This document shows positions 57,163 through 64,000 of a stretch of 64,000 nt of DNA, in pieces (the first letter of the stretch is position 1; every line of letters begins with the position of its first letter). The stretch is from an uncultured Planctomycetota bacterium. GTDB lineage: Bacteria; Planctomycetota; PLA2; JAEUHO01. The position numbers and the translations under genes were made by a program. The DNA lies in NCBI GenBank assembly GCA_963752285.1, contig CAVVXN010000001.1:544001-608000 (forward strand), given 5' to 3'. The notes beneath the pieces are model-generated. The model did no database searches and had not been told where the DNA came from. It was given only the letters and a program-made list of their open reading frames with translations.

Positions 57163-57266
57163 CCGGGCGGCGGCGGCGGGCCCGGGCGCCCGACCCGGGG
57201 GAGGCGACCGCCGGGAACCCCGAGCACCGCGCGGCGTAGGGTGGGGGGAAGGGAGCCCCCGCCCCG

Positions 57267-57797
57267 ATGGACCCGGACCCGCCCGACGTCTACGCGGTGC
57301 TCCACGGCGCTCCCGCCGCGTACGCCGCGCTGGTGACGCGCCACCAGGGCGCGGTCCGGGCGGTCCTCAGGGGGTATCTGGGGAACCGCACGGGCGTGGA
57401 CGACCTCGCGCAGGAGGTGTTCCTCCGGGCGTGGCGGGCGCTTCGCACGTGGCGGCCGCGCCGGGGCTCGTTCCGTACGTGGCTCCTCGCGATCGCCCGC
57501 AACCGGGCGCGCGACCACCTGCGGCGCGCGCGACGCCGGCCGCGGGAGCTCTCCCTCCCGGCCGACCCCGCGGCGCGTCCCGACCCGGCGCCCGATCCCG
57601 CCCCCCGGCTCGACGCGGCTCTCGCGTCCCTCCCGCCCGAGCGGCGCGTCGTGTTCCTCCTCGCCGACGTGCACGGCGTCCCCCTCGACGAGATCGCGCG
57701 CCTCGAGGACGTGCCCGTCGGCACCGTGAAGTCGCGTCTCGACCGTGCGCGGAAGGCGCTCCGCGCGGCGCTCGAGGCCGCAAGGGGACCGTCATGA
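57267..57797 (+). CDS. ECF-type RNA polymerase sigma factor
   Basis: DDLAQEVFLRAW, FRTWLLAIARN, EIA...VPVGTVKSRL.RAR. Confidence 0.92.
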   Translation: MDPDPPDVYAVLHGAPAAYAALVTRHQGAVRAVLRGYLGNRTGVDDLAQEVFLRAWRALRTWRPRRGSFRTWLLAIARNRARDHLRRARRRPRELSLPADPAARPDPAPDPAPRLDAALASLPPERRVVFLLADVHGVPLDEIARLEDVPVGTVKSRLDRARKALRAALEAARGPS

Positions 57798-57988
57798 CCG
57801 ACCTGTCCGTCTACGACGCGTGGCTCGACCGCCAGCGGCGCCTCGACGAGGAGGGCGATCTCGCCCCCCGCGTGCTCGAGAACCCGCCGGAGGGCGCGTC
57901 GCCCGCCGCCCACCTCTTCTTCGTCGCGGCGGCGGCGCTCCTCGCCGCCCGCGTGGCCGTTGCCCTCTCGTTCCTGATCACGACGTAG
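57794..57988 (+). CDS. Small single-TM protein (possible anti-sigma factor, 64 aa)
   Basis: ATGA overlap with the ECF stop; C-terminal hydrophobic helix; RBS-led peptidase gene follows 9 nt later. Confidence 0.6.
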   Translation: MTDLSVYDAWLDRQRRLDEEGDLAPRVLENPPEGASPAAHLFFVAAAALLAARVAVALSFLITT

Positions 57989-57997
57989 GAGTCGCCG

Positions 57998-58855
57998 ATG
58001 CCCTTCCCTCGTCGCCCGCTCGCCGTCCTGCTCTCGTGCCTCGGGCCCGGCCTCGGACAGGTCTACCTCGGCCGAACCGGCCGGGGCTTCGTCCTGTTGG
58101 TGCTGGGCCTCGCGGCCGTGCCGGTCGTCGCGGCCGCGGCCCTCGCCCCTCCCTCGGGGCTCGCGTTCGGTGCGGAGCTCCTGGCCGCCTTCGTCGCGGT
58201 CCTCTGCCTCGTCGTCGGCGCCGTGGACGCCGCGATCCCCCGGGCGGGCGACGGCCTGAGGCCGCCGCCGTCGTCCCGGCAGGTCGCGCTCGGGATCGCC
58301 GCGCTCGTCGTGCTGGAGCTCGCCGTCGGAGTCGGCGGCGCGCTCTTCACGCGCGCGCACCTGAGCGAGGCCTTCAAGATCGCGGGCGACAGCATGCAGC
58401 CGACCCTCGATCGCGGGGACCGCGTCCTCGTGACCAAGCAGACCACGTGGGACCGGCCCCTCCGACGCGGCGACGTCGTCGTCTACCACGCCGCCCCCGG
58501 CGGGCCCGCGTACGTGAAGCGTGTCGTCGCGCTCGGCGGCGACACCGTCGCGCTCCAGGGCGACGCCGTGATCGTGAACGGCCGGCCGATGGCGCCGCTC
58601 GGCGAGCCCGCGCCCGACGGCGCGCGCCGGGGCGTCGAGCGCTACCCGGACGGCGGGGAGGTCCCCGTCTCCGTCCCCCCGGCCGCGAAGGCGGGTCCCC
58701 CGGTCGAGGTGCCCTCGGGGTCCTGCTGGGTCCTCGGCGACCACCGCGAAGACGCAAAGGACAGTCGCCAGCACGGCCCCGTCCCGCTGGACCAGGTCGT
58801 CGGCGTCGTCCGCTACCGCTACTGGCCGCTCTCGCGCGTCGGGCTCGTGGACTGA
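57998..58855 (+). CDS. Signal peptidase I (S26 family) with N-terminal multi-TM region
   Basis: GDSMQPTL (Ser), YVKRVV (Lys), LGDHR..AKDSR..GPV; N-terminal PGLGQ.Y.G TM region. Confidence 0.9.
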   Translation: MPFPRRPLAVLLSCLGPGLGQVYLGRTGRGFVLLVLGLAAVPVVAAAALAPPSGLAFGAELLAAFVAVLCLVVGAVDAAIPRAGDGLRPPPSSRQVALGIAALVVLELAVGVGGALFTRAHLSEAFKIAGDSMQPTLDRGDRVLVTKQTTWDRPLRRGDVVVYHAAPGGPAYVKRVVALGGDTVALQGDAVIVNGRPMAPLGEPAPDGARRGVERYPDGGEVPVSVPPAAKAGPPVEVPSGSCWVLGDHREDAKDSRQHGPVPLDQVVGVVRYRYWPLSRVGLVD

Positions 58856-58863
58856 CCGGCCGC

Positions 58864-59589
58864 TCAGCGAGCGAGGGCGTCCAGCAGGTCACGGATCTCG
58901 TCGTCCACCTCCTCGGGCGAGGCGACGGTCTCCGCGATCGCGCCTCGCAGCAGCGCGCGGTAGCGCGCGCGCATTCGGTAGAGTGCGACCTTCACGGCGG
59001 CCTCGCTCGTCCCGAGCCGGCGCGCCGTCTCCGCGTGGGGCGGCGGGTCGGCGCCCGCCACGAGCCAGGGCCGCAGCGCCTCGAAGGTCGGTCGGCGCTC
59101 CCCGCCGTAGAGGTCGCGAAGCGCCGCGAGCACACGGTCGAGGAGCGCGAGGGCGAAACGGCGGTCGAACGCGCGCTCCGGCGTGCGCTCGTCCGCGGGC
59201 TCCGCGAGGTAGCGACGCTCGCCCTCGGCGAGGTCCAGCGAGAGGACGCGGGCGCGTCCGCCCCGCTTCTCCGCCCGGGCCCTCTCCCGTTCCTTGGACG
59301 CGTGGTGCGTGAACGCCGTCAGCAGGAACGTGCGGAACCGGCCGCGCGCGGGATCGACCGCGCCGATCGAGCCGCGCTCGAGAAGGTCCCGGAAGAAGCC
59401 CTGTACGAGGTCCTCCGCCTCCTCGGGCGCCGCGCCCCGGCGCCGGGCGAACGCGTAGAGGGGATACCAGCACGCGCGGCAGAGCCGCTCGAGCGCCGCG
59501 CGGTCCGCGGGCGTCCGGTCGCGGCCCGCGGCAAGGACGACGCTCCAGCGCGTCGTCACGAAGCGGGACGGGCCGGTCGGTCCGGTCAT
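58864..59589 (-). CDS. ECF sigma factor of the kinase-associated PVC type
   Basis: FVTTRWSVV, WYPLYAFARR, AEDLVQGFF, GRFRTFL, AVKVALYRMR.RY...LR..IAETV. Confidence 0.88.
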   Translation of the reverse strand: MTGPTGPSRFVTTRWSVVLAAGRDRTPADRAALERLCRACWYPLYAFARRRGAAPEEAEDLVQGFFRDLLERGSIGAVDPARGRFRTFLLTAFTHHASKERERARAEKRGGRARVLSLDLAEGERRYLAEPADERTPERAFDRRFALALLDRVLAALRDLYGGERRPTFEALRPWLVAGADPPPHAETARRLGTSEAAVKVALYRMRARYRALLRGAIAETVASPEEVDDEIRDLLDALAR

Positions 59590-59605
59590 CCAGGGACCCG
59601 TTCGC

Positions 59606-61564
59606 TCATCGGAAGAGCTCGCCGTCCTCGTCGCCGGGGCGGAGGGCCCCGCCGCGGTACTCGAGGTCGTCCGGGTGGAAGACCCATCGCTTCCCCTCTC
59701 GCTTCACGCGGACCGAGAGCACGCCTTCGGCGCTCGCGAGGACGACGCGTCCGGCGTCGCCCTCGTCCTCGAGCTGGACCGCTCGGACGGCGTAGTCGTC
59801 CGCGCTCTCCGCGATCGACTCCGGCTGCCCGAGCATCCTCACGCGCACCTTCACGGGCCCGGGCACGCGACCGGTGTCCATCCTGCGGGCGACCGCCAAG
59901 ATCTCCGGCCCCTGCTCCCGCCACGCGTCCTCGATCGCGTGGAGGATCGCGGCGCGGAACACGTAGCCGATCTCCTTCGGACCTCCGCGGACCCGCTCGC
60001 CCTCCACGCGGGCGGAGAACGCGCTCTGGGCCTCCTCGAGCCATCCGGAGCGGTCTTTGTCGCGGAGGCTCCGCGGGGCCACCTCGACGCGGCCGAGCGC
60101 CGGGTACCAGGCGTTCCCCTCGTGGAGCACCGGGAAGGACACCGTCCGGGTCGCGGACGTCATGACGACGCGGGCGCGGCCGGGCTCCTCCGACACGAAC
60201 ACCCACGCGAGCCGAAGCTCCCAGGGCGACCCTCCCAGACGGGCGAACGCGAGGCCGAGCTCGTTTCGTTCGAACTTCTCGTTCCGTTCCTCCGGGGTCA
60301 TCCGGGCGTAGTGCCGGCTCTCGGCCGGGGAAAGGAGCGAGGACCGCCGGTCCCAGCTCGGGTCGCGCGAGATCGCCGTCATCCAGAAGCCCCACCAACG
60401 CCGGATCTCGTTCGCCAGGCTCGCGCGCCGCCACGGCCCCAGATCCTCGACGGCGCCGGTGACCGGGGTCCCTTCCCGCTCCGCCACGCGCTCGAAGTGG
60501 ACGAGGAACGCGATCCCGGCGGCGAGGGCGAGCCCGCCCGCGACGAGGAGAACGCGGCGGAGGCGGCGGCCGAGGCGGCCCCGCTTCCTCGACGGAGCGG
60601 TCGCCACGGGCTCGACCCCCTCGGGCTCGGCGTCGGGCGCGGGCGTGTTCGTGATGGCGTCCACCTCGCTCTTGACCTCGGAGGCGTGTTGCCAGCGGCG
60701 GTCGCGTTCGCGCTCCAGCGCGCGCAAGACGACGCGGTCGAGCCGCGCGTCCACGCCCGGCTCCGCGGACGGCGGCGGGAAGGTTCCGAGCGGGAGCTCG
60801 CCGGTCAGCATCTCGTAGAAGACGACGCCGAGGCTGTAGACGTCGGCCCGGTGGTCCACCTCGGCCGGCGTCTTGAGCTGCTCCGGCGCCATGTAGTGGA
60901 GCGTGCCCATCACCTGGCCGGCGTGCGTCAGCGTGACGTCCACCGGCTGCCGCTCGAGGATCTTGGCCAGCCCGAAGTCGGCGATCTTCACGTGACCCGC
61001 GCGGTCGAGGAGGACGTTCTCCGGCTTGACGTCGCGGTGGACGACGCCCCGGTCGTGCGCGGTCTGGAGCGCGTCGCAGATCTGCGGCACGATCGCGAGC
61101 GCCTCCGCGGGCGCGAGGTGCCCTCCGCGGAGCGCCTGGCGCAGGTTCGGTCCGTCCACGTACTCCATGAGGAGGTAGTAGAGGCCGTCCCTCTCGCCGA
61201 AGTCGTACACCTGGACGACGTTCGGATGTTGGAGTCGCGCGAGCGTCCTCGCCTCCCGCTCGAAGCGCTCCGCGAACCCGGGCTCGAGCGCGACCTCCGG
61301 CGGGAGCACCTTCAAGGCGACGACCCGGTCGAGCTTCTTCTGCCGCGCCTTGTAGACGACCCCCATCCCGCCCTGCCCGAGCACCTCCAGGACGTCCAGA
61401 TCGGGGAAGGCCGGGGCGATCTCCTCGGGCGCCGGCGGCGCGCTGCGGTCGGGCGGGGTCCCGCTCGAGAGACCCGCGGCGAGGAGACAGCGCGGGCAGG
61501 CCTCCCACGGCGCGTCCTCGGGGAGGGACGTGCCGCATCGGGGGCAGGTGGCGGTCTCGTTCAT
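59606..61564 (-). CDS. Hanks-type Ser/Thr protein kinase, single TM
   Basis: N-terminal CxxC...CxxC; GQGGMGVV, VALK, HRDVKPEN, DFG, GT.HYMAPE, DVYSLG all intact. Confidence 0.95.
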   Translation of the reverse strand: MNETATCPRCGTSLPEDAPWEACPRCLLAAGLSSGTPPDRSAPPAPEEIAPAFPDLDVLEVLGQGGMGVVYKARQKKLDRVVALKVLPPEVALEPGFAERFEREARTLARLQHPNVVQVYDFGERDGLYYLLMEYVDGPNLRQALRGGHLAPAEALAIVPQICDALQTAHDRGVVHRDVKPENVLLDRAGHVKIADFGLAKILERQPVDVTLTHAGQVMGTLHYMAPEQLKTPAEVDHRADVYSLGVVFYEMLTGELPLGTFPPPSAEPGVDARLDRVVLRALERERDRRWQHASEVKSEVDAITNTPAPDAEPEGVEPVATAPSRKRGRLGRRLRRVLLVAGGLALAAGIAFLVHFERVAEREGTPVTGAVEDLGPWRRASLANEIRRWWGFWMTAISRDPSWDRRSSLLSPAESRHYARMTPEERNEKFERNELGLAFARLGGSPWELRLAWVFVSEEPGRARVVMTSATRTVSFPVLHEGNAWYPALGRVEVAPRSLRDKDRSGWLEEAQSAFSARVEGERVRGGPKEIGYVFRAAILHAIEDAWREQGPEILAVARRMDTGRVPGPVKVRVRMLGQPESIAESADDYAVRAVQLEDEGDAGRVVLASAEGVLSVRVKREGKRWVFHPDDLEYRGGALRPGDEDGELFR

Positions 61565-61631
61565 CGGGACGGACTCCGGGAGGCCTCCCTCCTGAGACGG
61601 AGAACGGCGCCGAGGTTACGGCCCGGATGGA

Positions 61632-63491
61632 TCACGTGGGTCGGATGTCTCCCGCGCGGTACAGCACCTGCCAGTCGTCCACCTCGTCGAGGAGGGCGCT
61701 CGCGACCTCGCGGGCCGTGCGCGCGAGGGTCTCGCTCTCGGGGACGCGCGGTCCGCGCGTCGCCTCCGGGAGGCGCCGGAGCTCCTCCAGGCGCACGGCC
61801 ATCGAGGCGGAACGCTTCGAGATGCGTTCGAGCTCGGCCTGCCCGTCGATGCCGTGCAGCGCGGCGGCGGCAGCGGGGAGGCCCGCCGCGAACCACGTGA
61901 GCCACGCGCCGACAGCGGGGTCGTGGTCGATCAGGTGGATCGCGCAGGCCACGAGCGCGCCGAGGGCGCAGAGGAACGCGAGGCGTTCAAAGCGGTGATG
62001 CACGTGCCCGAGGCGCCTCGCGTTGTCGCGGTGGTAGGCCGCCTGCCCCGCGACCCAGTGGGAGAGCAGGCCGCGGCACGCGTCGAGGTAGGGGGCGTCG
62101 AAGCGCGCGTCGAGGAGGCCTGCGGCGCGCCGCGCGGCGCGGGCCTCGGTCTGGATCCAGCTCGCGCCGAGGTCGCGTTCCTCCGTCGCGTAGGGCCGCG
62201 GCCTCAGCGCCGGAACGCTCGTTCCCAGCATCGCGAGGGAACCCGTCGCGCGGAGCGTCTCCGCGAGCGTGCGGTAGTCCACCGACTTCTCGTGCCACCG
62301 GCCGCGGCGCCCGAGGCGCCAGACCGCGAGGATCGTCCCGATCGTCAGGAGCTCGAGGACGGTGAAGAGCGCGCCCAGGCCCGCGCCCTCCGCGGGCGCG
62401 CCCTCGATGAGGCGTCGCACCTGGACGAGCCCGGTCGAGAGCGCGAGGAAGACCGCGAGGGCGCCCAGCACGTAGTTCGCGACGAACGACGAACGATAGA
62501 GCGCGGCGTAGTGACGGGCGAGGCGTGCGGCGGACGCCTGCCGTCCTCCGTAGTGCGTGCGAAGCGCCGAGGGCCGCCCGCGGCTCGTGCTGCCCTCCCG
62601 GTCGGGGGGCGAAGGGGGCGCCTTGGTCTCGGCGGTGGCCGGGCGGCGGGCCGAGACGCGGAGCGCGAGGGGCCAGAGCGACGCCCACGCGCGCCCGACC
62701 CGCCCGCGCCAGCCCGCGACCCGGGACGGCTCGGCCCGCCACGCCGCGCGGCGCGCCGCGGCGTCGCGAAAGGCCTCGTCCGGCGCGTCGGCCGAGGCCG
62801 GTCCGTCGGCCTCGACGAGCCGGAGGACGCGCGCCTCGAGGTTTTCGAGAACGGGCTCGCCGTCGCTCGCGTCGCGGCCCGTGAGCCAGCGCGCGGCCTC
62901 CGGGCGGTCCGGCGGGATCACGATCGTGGGGATCCCCAGGGAGAGGGCCTCCTCGACGACCTGACCGGTCCCGCCCCGCCCGCGCGGGTCCTCGCCGTCC
63001 CACACGGCCAAGACGACGTCCGCGTGGTCGAGCACGACGCGGCCGACGCGCTCGTACGCGCGACCCGCGCCGCCGCCCTCGCCCGGGGGCGACCGTCGCC
63101 CGTCGAGCTCGAGGACCGCGGTCGCGAGGCCGCGCAGACGGTCGAAGCGCGCGAGGGCGTCCGAGCCCGGCGCGAAGTCCAGGCGGTACGCATCGACGGC
63201 GAACGGGAACGGGCACTGGAGCTCGTATCCGTTGGCGAGCGCCGCCTCGGCCAGCACCTGGTCGGTGCCCTCGGCCAGTGGCGAGAGGAGGGTCAGCACC
63301 ACCTCGCGGGGGCCCGCCGCGCCGCGCACCGTCTCGGCGACGCGGCCGAGGATCCCGCCGGCGACCGCGCCGAGCGCCTCGGCCTCTCCCGGCTCGAACG
63401 CGCGGTGTCCGGTCACGCCGACCCTCAGCGCCACCGGAAGCGGCCCGCCGTTCACCACCAGCACCCTCCCGACCGATCGGGGTCGCGGCAT
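61632..63491 (-). CDS. SLOG (YspA-like) domain + SLATT-like 2TM modules
   Basis: VGVTGHR, SPLAEGTD, LAVWDG...GGTG; two TM pairs with W...SVDYRTLAETLR after the first. Confidence 0.72.
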   Translation of the reverse strand: MPRPRSVGRVLVVNGGPLPVALRVGVTGHRAFEPGEAEALGAVAGGILGRVAETVRGAAGPREVVLTLLSPLAEGTDQVLAEAALANGYELQCPFPFAVDAYRLDFAPGSDALARFDRLRGLATAVLELDGRRSPPGEGGGAGRAYERVGRVVLDHADVVLAVWDGEDPRGRGGTGQVVEEALSLGIPTIVIPPDRPEAARWLTGRDASDGEPVLENLEARVLRLVEADGPASADAPDEAFRDAAARRAAWRAEPSRVAGWRGRVGRAWASLWPLALRVSARRPATAETKAPPSPPDREGSTSRGRPSALRTHYGGRQASAARLARHYAALYRSSFVANYVLGALAVFLALSTGLVQVRRLIEGAPAEGAGLGALFTVLELLTIGTILAVWRLGRRGRWHEKSVDYRTLAETLRATGSLAMLGTSVPALRPRPYATEERDLGASWIQTEARAARRAAGLLDARFDAPYLDACRGLLSHWVAGQAAYHRDNARRLGHVHHRFERLAFLCALGALVACAIHLIDHDPAVGAWLTWFAAGLPAAAAALHGIDGQAELERISKRSASMAVRLEELRRLPEATRGPRVPESETLARTAREVASALLDEVDDWQVLYRAGDIRPT

Positions 63492-63564
63492 TCTCGACCG
63501 ACGTCCTCGCGAAGTCGAATGCCGACTGGGGACGCGCGCCGGCGGGCGTCCCGCCGACCGCGGC

Positions 63565-64000
63565 TCACCCGCGGAGCAGCTTGAACGCGTGGCCCCACTC
63601 GCCGCGGAGGAAGCCGGGTATGCACCACAGGATCGCGAGCGGCTCGATCGCACGCGCCGCGGTCGCGCCGCCCATGTCCACCCACTCCCAGCCGAATCGC
63701 TCGAGGACGCCCGCCACCCGTTCCTTCGCGGCCGTGTCGTCGCCGCAGACGAACATCGTCGGCTTCGTGCCCCCGAAGTCGGGATCGACCATGCGGTCCT
63801 GTCCCACGCAGGAGAATGACTTCACGAAGTGGGCGCCGGGCGCCAGCGCGGCGAGGCGCTCCATCAGGGACTCGTTCGGCCCCGTGAAGAACGACAAGAC
63901 CCCGTCTTCGGGAGGCGTCTCGGCGATCGGGTTCGTCACGTCGATGACGGTGCGTCCCGCGAGGGCGGCGGGCCCGATGCCGCGCACCGCGTCCTCCGCT
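63565..64000 (-). CDS. NADPH-dependent F420 reductase-like oxidoreductase (5' partial)
   Basis: IDVTNP, VKSF, FVCGDD..AK..V, DMG...AARAIEPL; runs off the window end. Confidence 0.85.
   Translation of the reverse strand, partial: AEDAVRGIGPAALAGRTVIDVTNPIAETPPEDGVLSFFTGPNESLMERLAALAPGAHFVKSFSCVGQDRMVDPDFGGTKPTMFVCGDDTAAKERVAGVLERFGWEWVDMGGATAARAIEPLAILWCIPGFLRGEWGHAFKLLRG

Noticed and set aside
1..64000. Prophage, transposon, tRNA or rRNA
   Set aside because: I recognised no integrase, transposase, phage structural gene or structured RNA gene by eye. A covariance-model scan would be needed to exclude small RNAs.

Overview
This is a very GC-rich bacterial window. Its gene content (ECF sigma-Ser/Thr kinase pair, DUF4139, prenyltransferase-repeat and carboxypeptidase-regulatory-like proteins, atypical sulfatase) suggests Planctomycetota or a PVC-like lineage; that placement is inference. 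About 50 real CDSs can be picked out of many shadow ORFs. The main blocks are: (1) 0.4-13.9 kb, a Tad/Flp pilus locus with non-canonical pilins, an FHA-fused TadA ATPase, a second FHA membrane protein and a downstream pseudokinase-TM-Ig repeat-FGE/lectin protein, with no secretin in the window. It resembles the FHA-rich Tad-like contact-killing (Kil) machinery of predatory myxobacteria. (2) 15.2-21.2 kb, a Rieske/cytochrome b/tetrahaem c operon led by a GltD/NfnB-like flavo-FeS oxidoreductase that carries an unexpected N-terminal deoxyribosyltransferase-like plus TPR module. (3) 24.7-29.1 kb, an apparent arsenic operon in which a Cys-tailed thioredoxin-like protein and a MacB/LolCDE-type ABC transporter precede acr3, with a convergent arsR. 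(4) Assorted envelope, transport and signalling genes, including a multihaem lipoprotein followed by a Cys-rich repeat protein, an ECF-small TM-signal peptidase module, an ECF-STK pair and a SLOG-SLATT fusion. I saw no rRNA, tRNA, CRISPR array, transposase or integrase. All domain calls come from motif recognition by eye, not database searches. Start codons were refined by RBS and gene overlap and are approximate.
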